From the IMG/VR virus record IMGVR_UViG_3300037067_013225, positions 96,001-160,000 of that record: DNA of 64,000 bases. One strand, written 5' to 3'. Positions 10,379 through 20,662 of this stretch are shown piece by piece. The notes below the pieces were generated by a model that was not told the origin of the DNA, searched no databases, and saw only the letters and a list, made by a program, of their open reading frames with translations. The position numbers were made by a program, and so were the translations under genes. Positions within the stretch are counted from its first letter, which is position 1. The number at the start of each line of letters is the position of its first letter. Source of the stretch: a virus. Its lineage: Duplodnaviria > Caudoviricetes.

Positions 10379-13300
10379 TGGCTACACCTAACACGATTAC
10401 GGTTAATCCGCAGCAAAGCGTTCTCTTTAACGGGGCCAAAAGTTACGACAATGATTACGGAGATCGTGTTGTAAAATACGAATATTTAGTCGGCTCTGTC
10501 GCTCAGGGATTATTTAATACACAATGGATAGATCTGATACCAGATCAATGGTATAATAATGGAAATGTTGCCACATGCGAAATTAAATTTATCGCATCTG
10601 GCACTTCATATGTTTCACTTCGCGTGACAGATTTTTATGGCGCAAAATCCATACCCGATACTATAACGGTAAATATATCTGGTGAACCCTGGGTTAATCA
10701 ATCGCCCGTAGCGAATCTAGTTTCGGATATTTATTCTGGATTCGCTCCCCTTATAGTACACTTGGATGCATCTGGTTCCACACCACCAACGGCAGATATT
10801 AGTTATGGCGATTCTATTGACAGATATGAATTCGATAGTGATATGGGCTTTTCATCTAGCGTTACAACATCGCCCACGGCAACCTTTTCATTCCCCGTGC
10901 ATGGTACTTTTCATCCGAGTGTCAAGGTTTATGATTCTTTTGGGTTGACTGATACGACCAGCATTACCATTGAAGTGTATGAGAACCACACACCGGTTGC
11001 GAATTTGGTAGTTTCTCCCAACAATGTGTCAGCGCCGCAAACGGTCACTTTAGACGCTTCAGGCTCTACTCCTCCCGCAATAGACATCCCTTATGGTGAT
11101 TATATTGCGAGGTATGAGTTTGATGTTGATGGATCGGGTTATGTTGATTATGGGATCACAAATATCATTACGCATTATTATGATATCTCAAACATTTATC
11201 ATCCGAAAGTTCGTGTTACAGATTCTATGGGCTTGACGGATGAATTTACCGCTACATTGAATTTATATCCCGCTAATATAGCTCCCAATGCGGTGATAAC
11301 AACCATACCAGCGCCACCAACAGGTACAAGTCCGTTAGAAATCGTATTCGATGCCTCCAGCAGTAATGATACTGATGGAACAATAGTTAAATATGAGATG
11401 GATTTTGACGATGGTGCGGGTTATAGGGATTTCGGCTCCAATGATGGTTCTGATGGTAGTATCCGTCATACTTATATAAATCCATCTGGGCCAATTTCTA
11501 TCACATATACGGCTGTTTTGCGTGTTACGGACAATGGCGGTTTAACTGATACTGCAAGCGTGATGATTGTTGTTGCGCCGGTAGTCAATACTCCCCCTTC
11601 GGCGATCTTGACATCCGATGTTTCATCCGGTTTGGTACCACTAACGGTAACATTTGATGGTTCAAAAAGTTATGATACTGACGGATATATTGTTTCATAT
11701 CAGTGGGATTATGAGAATACTGGTGTTTTCGGTTTACCTACTGATTCTATTACATCTTATACATATAATGCCGCAGGAACATACTTTGCATTGTTAAAGG
11801 TTACTGATGATGATGGAGCCACAAGCGTAGCTTTGCTTACAATTACTGTTAATACTGATACTAATTTGTCACCTGTGGCAGATTTGCATATTTCACCATC
11901 ACAATCCAGTGCAGTAGTTCCATTTGCTGCACAATTAGATGCGGGTTCTGGTCCTTGGGGTGTCGGCTCATATGATCCTGATGGTACGATAGCAAAATAT
12001 GAGTTTCAGACTGGTGATGAGGGGGATATATGGCATGATCAGGGTACAACACCCATTTATCCTTATACTTATTTAAATGCGGGTATTTTTACAGCCAAAG
12101 TGCGTGTCACGGATAATGATGGTGCTCAATCGATAGCCTCTGTAAGTGTTCAGGTTGGTATTAGAAGCGTTGCAGGTACTTTTTTGGCGACGAAAACAGA
12201 GCTTTCCGGGGCTGAATATCACTATGTAGTTAACCAGGATCTAGATATTTTACTCGGTCCCAATTCGGATTCGGGGAATCCAGTAAAATTTCACGAAATT
12301 ACCAGTTCTGGATATTGGAAAATTATAACGTTAAATAATATCGCATCCCTAAGATATACCTCAAATTTTAATAATTATCAAACGATTCCATTAAATTTTA
12401 TCAATAATGGTGCTCGATATACACCAAATTCTGGAATTATTATCGGCAGCGCCACTTATATGTTCGTTTTGCTATCTGTACCGGGATTTTCTGGTAAAAC
12501 TTTTATTACGATCCCTGGTGGCTGGTCTAAATCAATTTGGGAAGTTTTGAACGTTAACAAACAGTCCGGATACGAATTTATGTTCCCTCGTAAACATGGA
12601 AATAGAATATATCTGACATGCAAAATTAAGGCTGGGGATTTATCTAGCGGATTTAGTGGATCTGATACATACAAGATAGTTGCATTTTTGGATACAGGTT
12701 TATCCAATACCTCTGTTCCCATGACCATAGATTGCACTCTTAAATGGCCTTACAAAAGCCTGAGTCCGTTTTGGAAGATGCCTGTAGGTGGGCAGCGTGT
12801 TAGAGCGACAGATGCATTGGGTAATTTTTATACCAATAGCGATATAATGTATTCTGATTGGTCAGAATCTTATCATAATAGTAACATGACTATTTGTTAC
12901 GATACCGATGGTGCTTATAAGTGGCATTTTGATTTGGCACAATATTATTATGATTATTATGCAGCATTAGGTATACCGGATGGTGAAAATCCCATAAATC
13001 ACTACTACAATGGGGTTGCCGATGTATATAGCTTTAGAAAGGAAGATAGGCGCATACACGACAGAAATATCTCCAATATAAGAATCACTGCATCGGGAGA
13101 CATATTAGTTTATGGGATATCTTGGTGCAGTTCGTTTGATGTTAATGAGGTAAATTCTATTTATGGACCATACAAATTAGTAACTTATTGTTTGAATCCA
13201 GACGGTACCCTTAAGTGGATTTCTGAGCATGCATCATTCTACAGATATGATCCCAGTGCATATCCTGACGTTAATGCCTCAAAAAGAACCGGTGCATGGG

Positions 13301-13728
13301 GATTTATGACATCCATGGATATTAGTGGGACTGGAATATATAGTGAAGTTTTCATAATGGCCTATAGCGTTAGACCATACGCCAATAGTACGGAATATTA
13401 CAACTATGTCATCTGTATCGATCCTAGCAATGGAAATATCATATGGAATCGAGAATATACACGGAATAGAGGATATAGCAATTATTATTTTAGTGGTTTT
13501 AACCTATATTACAATAATGATATTCCATTTCTCCTAGACAATCAGAATATAACGGGATTTTTTAATTTAAGGTCCGAAGATGGAACTAATCAATACTTCA
13601 TAGGGTTAGATCCGAATAGTGGATTGGAAGGCAGTATCATTAATATTGGCGCAAACGATTTTCCTATTCCTTATTATGCACAATATTATAACACATCTCT
13701 TACGCCATTCGAAGATGGGTATTTATGA
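10357..13728 (+). CDS. PKD-repeat protein with a C-terminal beta-propeller-like region (putative adhesin or receptor-binding protein)
   Basis: Six PKD repeats (NxxPxA...V.FDASxSxDxDG.I..YE.D...VRVTDxxG), then PQQ-like motifs (CLNPDGTLKW, IDPSNGNIIW). Confidence 0.8.
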   Translation: MEWDSILMATPNTITVNPQQSVLFNGAKSYDNDYGDRVVKYEYLVGSVAQGLFNTQWIDLIPDQWYNNGNVATCEIKFIASGTSYVSLRVTDFYGAKSIPDTITVNISGEPWVNQSPVANLVSDIYSGFAPLIVHLDASGSTPPTADISYGDSIDRYEFDSDMGFSSSVTTSPTATFSFPVHGTFHPSVKVYDSFGLTDTTSITIEVYENHTPVANLVVSPNNVSAPQTVTLDASGSTPPAIDIPYGDYIARYEFDVDGSGYVDYGITNIITHYYDISNIYHPKVRVTDSMGLTDEFTATLNLYPANIAPNAVITTIPAPPTGTSPLEIVFDASSSNDTDGTIVKYEMDFDDGAGYRDFGSNDGSDGSIRHTYINPSGPISITYTAVLRVTDNGGLTDTASVMIVVAPVVNTPPSAILTSDVSSGLVPLTVTFDGSKSYDTDGYIVSYQWDYENTGVFGLPTDSITSYTYNAAGTYFALLKVTDDDGATSVALLTITVNTDTNLSPVADLHISPSQSSAVVPFAAQLDAGSGPWGVGSYDPDGTIAKYEFQTGDEGDIWHDQGTTPIYPYTYLNAGIFTAKVRVTDNDGAQSIASVSVQVGIRSVAGTFLATKTELSGAEYHYVVNQDLDILLGPNSDSGNPVKFHEITSSGYWKIITLNNIASLRYTSNFNNYQTIPLNFINNGARYTPNSGIIIGSATYMFVLLSVPGFSGKTFITIPGGWSKSIWEVLNVNKQSGYEFMFPRKHGNRIYLTCKIKAGDLSSGFSGSDTYKIVAFLDTGLSNTSVPMTIDCTLKWPYKSLSPFWKMPVGGQRVRATDALGNFYTNSDIMYSDWSESYHNSNMTICYDTDGAYKWHFDLAQYYYDYYAALGIPDGENPINHYYNGVADVYSFRKEDRRIHDRNISNIRITASGDILVYGISWCSSFDVNEVNSIYGPYKLVTYCLNPDGTLKWISEHASFYRYDPSAYPDVNASKRTGAWGFMTSMDISGTGIYSEVFIMAYSVRPYANSTEYYNYVICIDPSNGNIIWNREYTRNRGYSNYYFSGFNLYYNNDIPFLLDNQNITGFFNLRSEDGTNQYFIGLDPNSGLEGSIINIGANDFPIPYYAQYYNTSLTPFEDGYL
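10378..12155 (+). repeat. Six tandem PKD (Ig-like) domain repeats of about 95-100 aa; boundaries approximate
   Basis: Recurring NQSPVA/NHTPVA/NIAPNA/NTPPSA/NLSPVA starts and VTD(F/S/N/D)xG-type ends. Confidence 0.8.
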
Positions 13729-15146
13729 GCCAAGTTATAGTTCCGGAAAACTGTCCCTGCCCCAAACGAGTCAAGTTTAGTAATTTTGTTGCACCTAGTG
13801 GAGTTGTTAGTCCATGCGATGAAAAAATATATGTATGCGTGTATCATTATGTTAGGGACATCGATAATACGGCTAATTTTTATGCACAGGTCTTATACGC
13901 TATATGCGCAGATGGTAGTTTGGCGTGGAAGCGTATTTATACTTCGACAAATTGGCAAAACGACGATGGTTCAACCTATTACGTAGTAGAGCCTGACAGT
14001 ATGACTTCGTATAATGATGTGGGTATTTTTACGACCGGGAATAGTTCTCATATTTATTTGGCCGAAGATCATATTATCGGTGGTGAGGCGACGGTAAGTA
14101 ATGGCTATTTCAGATACCAACAAGCTCTACCTATGGGTAATTTTGGTTCATTGTTCTACAACAATACATTAGACATCAATAAACGATTAATTTGTATTGG
14201 CCCATACACGACTGACAATCAAGATAATATTATTATTGGAGCGACGGAAGGCGATGACAGAATACAGACCTTGTTGGGTTGTGAGTTGGGAGGAGTTTAT
14301 TCTTTTAGGAAAAATTTATCTATTAATTTTACGGCATTGCCCTTATCTTGGTGTGAATCATGGAGTTCCGGCCCTGTAACGGATAACACGCAAATATATA
14401 TCGGTTCTGATGGGATTTCAGTAATACCATCTGGCGTATTTACTTATGGTATTCTAAAAGGACGGCTTCTGGCATTCGGGCAAGGTGGTAATTTAATTTG
14501 GAGTAAAGATATTAATGATTGCGCGGAAACAGATGTGTATCCGGCAGTTAGAGGATTACGGACATATCCTGTTTGGTCTTCTCCAGTGATAGATGCAAAT
14601 AATAATATTTATATTGCTGGACGAAATAAATTATATGCATACACCCCAACAGGTAGTTTATTGTGGGATTATACCATCGGTGAAAATAGCTTATGGGCGG
14701 CTACAGATACAGCGTCAATTGATGATAACGGCATCATATATATCGGGGGCGCTACTACAAATGTCTATGCAGCATCGGATAGTTCTCTTTTATTTAACGA
14801 ATTCTCTCCTTCAAAATTCACAGCCCTCACCCCGCAAGGCTCTACTAAATGGGTCTATGACGCTCAATCCGGTATATTCGGTTCTGGTATAGGGTCTGAT
14901 GGTTCGATATATGTGCAGGAATTTGGTGGTGATTACAACAACCCAGCCAAACTACTTAAACTCAATCCTGATGATGGTAAAGTAATATGGGAATATGTAT
15001 TTGATGTATTTTTCCAGGATTATTCAGATATTTGGCAAAGCCTATACTTGCCTAGAGAAAAAAGCTCCATCATGAGTAATGCGGTGGCAATAGAGGGTGG
15101 TCAGTGGTATTTTACCAAGGATCATTGCAGAAGGACTAAACTATGA
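13725..15146 (+). CDS. PQQ-like beta-propeller repeat protein
   Basis: SSPVIDANNNIYIAG..KLYAYTPTGSLLW, IDDNGIIYIG, IGSDGSIYV, LNPDDGKVIW. Confidence 0.75.
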   Translation: MSQVIVPENCPCPKRVKFSNFVAPSGVVSPCDEKIYVCVYHYVRDIDNTANFYAQVLYAICADGSLAWKRIYTSTNWQNDDGSTYYVVEPDSMTSYNDVGIFTTGNSSHIYLAEDHIIGGEATVSNGYFRYQQALPMGNFGSLFYNNTLDINKRLICIGPYTTDNQDNIIIGATEGDDRIQTLLGCELGGVYSFRKNLSINFTALPLSWCESWSSGPVTDNTQIYIGSDGISVIPSGVFTYGILKGRLLAFGQGGNLIWSKDINDCAETDVYPAVRGLRTYPVWSSPVIDANNNIYIAGRNKLYAYTPTGSLLWDYTIGENSLWAATDTASIDDNGIIYIGGATTNVYAASDSSLLFNEFSPSKFTALTPQGSTKWVYDAQSGIFGSGIGSDGSIYVQEFGGDYNNPAKLLKLNPDDGKVIWEYVFDVFFQDYSDIWQSLYLPREKSSIMSNAVAIEGGQWYFTKDHCRRTKL

Positions 15147-16702
15147 GTATACCTAATAAGCAGATATTTGTAACTGGCGATTCGGTAACAAATACCAGCT
15201 TGAACACGTTTCAGGATAACTTTACATCGTGGATTGCGAATCATCATCACGTTAATTCTAAGATTCCCGTTCTGACCATCACATCAGATACTAGATTGGA
15301 TGAAATTATCTCTGATAATGATTTTTTATATAATTTCACAAATAGGATTATAAATAGCGCATTAGATATCGAGGATTATGATCCGGATTATATCGTTCTA
15401 AATCTGGTCAGTCTGAGTGAACTTTATAATAAATCTATTTTACTTGGTAAAGAAAATACTGTTATTAAGAATCTCATTTATAGCTATTCGTCATCGTATA
15501 AAATCGATACAGATGGGAATTATAACTTTATTTTCAAGAATCCCACATTATCTGCCGATGTATCAAATAATATTCTCATTACCGTTCCAGCTATTACTGG
15601 AACGGGTGGATTTACTTTTGAATCAGCATATTATTATCAGAAAGCTCAAACGATACAAATAAACAAAAATATTATCTCAGATTTCGCATACAATGCGACA
15701 ACTAAGGTTCTCACATTAGATATAGAATTGTTGGAGAATGTTTTTACAGGTATTCCATCGTTACCAATATCCGCGCACTCTATTGTCGATGCGGCAAATG
15801 TGAGTGCGGCAACACATATTGCGGATACATCAAAACATTACTCTACATTCGCTACCGAGGCGGGTTTGATGGAAACCGCCAAACAATATAAGTTCGCTTG
15901 TCCGAATTGGTCAATAGAGCATCCCCTGTATACTGACGGTAAATATTTAGTATCTTCCAACGATATGACATTGGCATTGAACATTATTAAAAACGAAACA
16001 AATAGCAATCTAGCTACACAGCGACGAACGGAAGATAACCCTCTAGATGCAATGTTCAGGGGCAATTCTCAGAAATTATCTTGGTTGAAAACTGAGTATT
16101 ATTCTACCGAAACTCGTCGCGATGCATCCATTTTGTCTGGCGAAATTGACGACGCATATAACTATGAATTAACTGCCAGTGAGACATTTCACGCGGCTCA
16201 ATCATTTAAAGTTACTGATTTAATACCGCGCAAACAGGTTACTGGATCTGCCTCAACATATTATAATAAATTTAGTTCTGAGGATCGTGTTAGTCGTGTT
16301 ATTAGAAACAGTAATACTACGGTTCAGGAAGGAAATTCTCTACATCAGTTGCCGGTAACGTTTAGATTGGCACCGAATACGCATGTCAAATCGTACTTTT
16401 ATACGTTTTATTACGGAAAATTGGCGCGCGATCTGGGCGAATCATACTTGGGCAATTATCGCGGCTCTAGTTTATATTATTCTCACCGTACAGCATTTGA
16501 ATACAATATTTCCAAAAATCTATATCTGGAAAAAATTATACTTTTGGGTTCACCATACGAACCATTTAATTATGGCGCAGAACACATTTATACGAAGAAA
16601 ATTAAAAAGGATTTTTCCAATCCAAATGCATCGTTTGAAGGTTACTATATTGATGAGGAGAATCTTGCGCAAATTAAACAATATGAGACGAGGTATGTTT
16701 GA
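15143..16702 (+). CDS. Hypothetical tail-associated protein (519 aa)
   Basis: N-terminal FVTGDSVTNTSLNTFQD resembles starts of phage tail proteins; coupled ORF. Confidence 0.45.
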   Translation: MSIPNKQIFVTGDSVTNTSLNTFQDNFTSWIANHHHVNSKIPVLTITSDTRLDEIISDNDFLYNFTNRIINSALDIEDYDPDYIVLNLVSLSELYNKSILLGKENTVIKNLIYSYSSSYKIDTDGNYNFIFKNPTLSADVSNNILITVPAITGTGGFTFESAYYYQKAQTIQINKNIISDFAYNATTKVLTLDIELLENVFTGIPSLPISAHSIVDAANVSAATHIADTSKHYSTFATEAGLMETAKQYKFACPNWSIEHPLYTDGKYLVSSNDMTLALNIIKNETNSNLATQRRTEDNPLDAMFRGNSQKLSWLKTEYYSTETRRDASILSGEIDDAYNYELTASETFHAAQSFKVTDLIPRKQVTGSASTYYNKFSSEDRVSRVIRNSNTTVQEGNSLHQLPVTFRLAPNTHVKSYFYTFYYGKLARDLGESYLGNYRGSSLYYSHRTAFEYNISKNLYLEKIILLGSPYEPFNYGAEHIYTKKIKKDFSNPNASFEGYYIDEENLAQIKQYETRYV

Positions 16703-17478
16703 TGCTTAAACTGGTTAGAGATCTGAATGGGCCAGACGCAGATATCACGGATGTAGCGCTAAAAGCAGCAGACGGCTCTACTAATATTACTGATTTTCGT
16801 GAAACAGGATTGTTACTAATAGATGAGACTATGTGCGATTTTTTTAGATTAGCATTTTCCGATCAAAAACGCCTAGAAGATCATATTCATATCGGAGAAC
16901 CACGAGTAAATTTTGATGTTCCATCCATCTATGTGCGTGTACCTACAGTTCAGTACCGATCTTTTATCGGTAATAAAATGGGGCATAATTTAAAGAAGGA
17001 TAATGCTCTAGTATTGACGGAGCAATATGATCGAGACGGTAACGTTATCGGGCGTACCAGTAATATTGCGCAAAAAGACGCACCAGTGCAATATTTGGGT
17101 CATTTGGCCGTGGCGAATGCGACAATCCAATGTTATTCGGATAATTTCGATGTAATGAGAAATCTGGGTCACACCGTTTATAGTTTATTGATGCACAATT
17201 GTGAATATTACTTAAATGCCAGATCATCCGACTATAATGATACAATTAAAGAGAATCAGAATCCCGAATTCGGTGGTTTTTATCTAACGGGGCATCGAGA
17301 AAATTTTCACGACCAGATAGCGGGTGTAAAAAATGTCTATTCGATCTCTTTTGGATGTGTTATAAACTATATCATTCGCGTTCCAAGGTATTTTACATAT
17401 ATTACAGGCATCGATGTGACTGAGACTGTAGAGACACAAGATGGTGAATTTATAAAAACGATCCAAACAACCATTTAA
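16699..17478 (+). CDS. Putative neck/tail-completion (terminator-like) protein
   Basis: Lies immediately before the sheath gene; the size and the VPSIYV motif fit. Confidence 0.45.
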   Translation: MMLKLVRDLNGPDADITDVALKAADGSTNITDFRETGLLLIDETMCDFFRLAFSDQKRLEDHIHIGEPRVNFDVPSIYVRVPTVQYRSFIGNKMGHNLKKDNALVLTEQYDRDGNVIGRTSNIAQKDAPVQYLGHLAVANATIQCYSDNFDVMRNLGHTVYSLLMHNCEYYLNARSSDYNDTIKENQNPEFGGFYLTGHRENFHDQIAGVKNVYSISFGCVINYIIRVPRYFTYITGIDVTETVETQDGEFIKTIQTTI

Positions 17479-17479
17479 C

Positions 17480-17492
17480 AGGGTAAGATAAT
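17480..17492 (+). promoter_or_regulatory. Candidate phage late-promoter element AGGGTAAGATAAT
   Basis: Intergenic, 25 nt before the sheath ATG; an identical 13-mer lies at 41295-41307. Confidence 0.5.
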
Positions 17493-17517
17493 TTTGATAA
17501 AATCATGAGGGTTTACA

Positions 17518-19641
17518 ATGGCTAATCAGGCGAATCGGAGTGTACCATCGGTTTATACACAGATTATAAGTAAGATTAATTACAATACTGCACCTCTAAG
17601 CGATGTGATTGGTATTGTTGGTCCAACGGCTAATGGCCCTCTAGAAACAGTAACTACCACAAGCAATCCCACCGATGCGCTCAATACCTTTGGCGCTTGT
17701 CGTTTGACGAATCAGGCATTTGCAGCTTGGGCGGGCGGCGCAGGGACTATTAAGATTGTTCGTATTGGTGGAACTGTTTGTTTTGATTCTGTCCTTTACG
17801 GTGATAACGATTCTCCAGACGCAACGCTCTATAATATTACCAATTTTATGTGCCGTCGAAACGATATGTCCTCGTTATATGATTTCTATGATACTGTAAG
17901 TGGACAATTTTCTCCTTCGATGGTGGATGCTTTTGGTTCCATTGTATCCGATCATGGCGATGTTATTTTTGCGATTTCTAACACCATGTTTGATACTCTT
18001 GATTTTGTATTTCCTACCGCAGTCCCATCTGGTACGATCATTCGTATAGCATATTATAACGCAGATACGCTACAAACTGCCAATCAATTTGCCGGATATA
18101 CTGCTATTCCTGGAATAACGTTAGATGATGTTGCTCAGTTAAACAATGCACTAAATATTTCCGGTTTGACATCCACTCATATTGAATGGGATGTGGCTGA
18201 TATGCCGGATTGGGAGCAGGCTACATTTACAGATTCCGATGGACAGACGCATTCCGGATATGCTGTGGCTATTTGGGCAGATACCACTTCCGCAGGAGAT
18301 GAATTCGATATTAGCCGGATTTGTCAGCGTATTGGTGCGGAGGGTTCATATCATGCATGGCATCAGGCAACATATGCCTCCAGTGGCATTGTTAATGGTG
18401 CAACCACCAATGAAGTATTTATGCTTACTAGCAAAAATGCATCTTCTGACGCTATTACTGTTGAGACACGTCTTGTTGGGCCGAAAATCTACCTTACTGT
18501 TACTCGTACAGATTCATTAGGTGTTGTAACCACTGAAGAATATACGGTATTGCCGGTATTTGATGCACTTACATCGACATATTCCTATACCACGGAAGAT
18601 CTAATCGACGAGATCAATGAAACATCCGTAATTGTAACGGCAACAGATCTCAGCACCACTTTCGCAATGTTTGGTTGGGCAACACCCACAACTGCGGTGA
18701 CAACCACATTGTTGGGTGCTAGTGCGTCACCCTCATCCATCACCTTGAAGGACTACGCTCGCGGATTGGCCCTGATAGCTCGTGAGGCTGATATTTATTG
18801 GGTTCTTCCTTGTATTGATGATAACTCTATTCAGAATGTTTCCGGTTATACTGATAATGCTAAATTCCTAGCCATCATGCAGTTGTTTTATACGCATGTT
18901 ATCAATATGTCTGTGGGGCTGAATCAGAAACCACGCGTATTGATGTCTTGGTTGAGTCCTGGGTATCAGAATGTAGGTACTATCGGTAACTCGAATCTAA
19001 ACATTAAATCTGGTAGTTCCAGGCGCATTGGTGCTAGTGAACGTAACGTATATTTCGTACAGAAACTTGGATTCTATGAACTTGAGGCAAGCGGGTCTCT
19101 GACATATCGGAGAGAATATTTGGCCTCATATACTGCCGGATTGCTGTCTGCATTGAATGCTGCCGATCCTGCTACTCGCGATTCTCTAGGTGTGGGTAGT
19201 GTTGATTATGCTTATGATGCGGATGAAATGGAGATCCTAATTCGCAATGGTGTATTTGCATATCAGGATGTTCCGGGTATTGGCGTGTGTGTTGGTAAAG
19301 CCATCACCTCAAAATTGAGTGATGCACGTTCCGCCGTAACTACGACTCGTGTAGCGGATCGAATTGCCATTGATATGACTGCGTTATTGGAACGACGTTA
19401 TATTGGTCGTGCGCGCGAAACCGGTGTTACTGAGGAAATTAAGCGTGATGTAGCTTCATATCTGACTTCCAAGATTGCTCCTGCCGCGATTGGCGGGCTA
19501 ATTGATGCTTATGATAGTATTATTTGTTACCCTGATAGTAACAATGCAAACAAAGTTATTTTGTCTTATAAGGTACAAGTCAAGGGCGATCTTGATTTTA
19601 TTGATCAGACGGTGTATCTGACAACTAGCGTTAGCAGCTAA
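17518..19641 (+). CDS. Contractile tail sheath protein
   Basis: N-terminus VPSVYTQI...IGIVGPTANGPLETVTT..NPTDALNTFG; C-terminus EMEILIRNGV...TTTRVADRI...RYIGR...DLDFIDQTV. Confidence 0.85.
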   Translation: MANQANRSVPSVYTQIISKINYNTAPLSDVIGIVGPTANGPLETVTTTSNPTDALNTFGACRLTNQAFAAWAGGAGTIKIVRIGGTVCFDSVLYGDNDSPDATLYNITNFMCRRNDMSSLYDFYDTVSGQFSPSMVDAFGSIVSDHGDVIFAISNTMFDTLDFVFPTAVPSGTIIRIAYYNADTLQTANQFAGYTAIPGITLDDVAQLNNALNISGLTSTHIEWDVADMPDWEQATFTDSDGQTHSGYAVAIWADTTSAGDEFDISRICQRIGAEGSYHAWHQATYASSGIVNGATTNEVFMLTSKNASSDAITVETRLVGPKIYLTVTRTDSLGVVTTEEYTVLPVFDALTSTYSYTTEDLIDEINETSVIVTATDLSTTFAMFGWATPTTAVTTTLLGASASPSSITLKDYARGLALIAREADIYWVLPCIDDNSIQNVSGYTDNAKFLAIMQLFYTHVINMSVGLNQKPRVLMSWLSPGYQNVGTIGNSNLNIKSGSSRRIGASERNVYFVQKLGFYELEASGSLTYRREYLASYTAGLLSALNAADPATRDSLGVGSVDYAYDADEMEILIRNGVFAYQDVPGIGVCVGKAITSKLSDARSAVTTTRVADRIAIDMTALLERRYIGRARETGVTEEIKRDVASYLTSKIAPAAIGGLIDAYDSIICYPDSNNANKVILSYKVQVKGDLDFIDQTVYLTTSVSS

Positions 19642-19652
19642 GAGGGAAAACA

Positions 19653-20084
19653 ATGGCTTTAACATCGTATCCGGTTTCTGGTAGTCAGGTAGAAATAACC
19701 TACGAGGGAAATATCGTTGCCTATGGACAGGGTTTGAAACTCGATCTAAAAATCGACTATCAGACCGTTAGGCGACTAGGTAGTATTTGGCCTGCTACAC
19801 TGATTGCGACTTTTGCTACTGTTAGTGGTGCATTTACCGTTCTAGATACCAAGAGTGATGGTTGGCTTCGGATCATGAAGGCTCAAATAGACGAATCACA
19901 ACTGAGTTCCGATCCTAGTCAATGGCCGCAAGTAACTTTGCGCGCTGTTGCAAATAACAACGATGCGCCAACTTACAGTGTTACTAGTGTTCGATTTATC
20001 GATCTAAGTCCGACAGTGGATATTAGCGGTAATGCTCTAGCTACCACGATAACGTTCTTGGGATTGGGTTTGGCTAGCGAGTAA
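19653..20084 (+). CDS. Tail tube protein
   Basis: 143-aa beta-rich protein directly after the sheath (VSGSQVEITYEGNIVAYGQGL...VRRLGS). Confidence 0.75.
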   Translation: MALTSYPVSGSQVEITYEGNIVAYGQGLKLDLKIDYQTVRRLGSIWPATLIATFATVSGAFTVLDTKSDGWLRIMKAQIDESQLSSDPSQWPQVTLRAVANNNDAPTYSVTSVRFIDLSPTVDISGNALATTITFLGLGLASE

Positions 20085-20087
20085 CAT

Positions 20088-20453
20088 ATGTCATTGCTGG
20101 AATATGATTCTGGTGTTAAAAAATATGAGATTTTGATCCGAGACGATGTTCTGACTGTTGGCGATCTAATTCGCATAGGTGTATACGCAGATCAAATCAT
20201 CGAATATGTTGGTGGAAATCCCGAAAAATCATCTTTGGGTGTAAGAGAATTCGTTAGAAAAATCGCTAAAGCATTTATCGTTGTTAAACGAGGGTTGTTT
20301 GTAGATTTATTGTCTAGCGATACAATGAACAAGGTAATAATCGAAAATCTTCTGCGATTACCATTAAGTTTGGTTGAACAAATCGTTAAAAATTATAATG
20401 AGAATGCCGAAAAACCTATCGTTTCTGATTCCGATGATGCTAAAAAAAAATAG
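20088..20453 (+). CDS. Tail assembly chaperone (lambda gpG-like)
   Basis: Follows the tube gene and ends in an A9 run (GCT AAA AAA AAA TAG). Confidence 0.7.
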   Translation: MSLLEYDSGVKKYEILIRDDVLTVGDLIRIGVYADQIIEYVGGNPEKSSLGVREFVRKIAKAFIVVKRGLFVDLLSSDTMNKVIIENLLRLPLSLVEQIVKNYNENAEKPIVSDSDDAKKK

Positions 20454-20662
20454 CTAAATATCCACTATTAAGATCGATATTGGATTTGGCTTATTATCGG
20501 AATCTTTTGCCATTCGAATGTTCTAGCTTGTATAATATGCGAGTGGATCATTATCGTTTATATGTGGCACATAACAATTATATGAATAATTATCTGGAAG
20601 AAAAGAGGAAGCAAGCCGCCATTGTCGCACAAAAAAGACAACAAATGGCCCCACATAGATAA
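20450..20662 (+). CDS. -1 frameshift extension of the tail chaperone (gpGT-like; fusion about 191 aa)
   Basis: The -1 frame is open from the A-run (ATA GCT AAA TAT CCA...) through track ORF 20480..20662, which has only a TTG start. Confidence 0.7.
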   Translation: MAKYPLLRSILDLAYYRNLLPFECSSLYNMRVDHYRLYVAHNNYMNNYLEEKRKQAAIVAQKRQQMAPHR

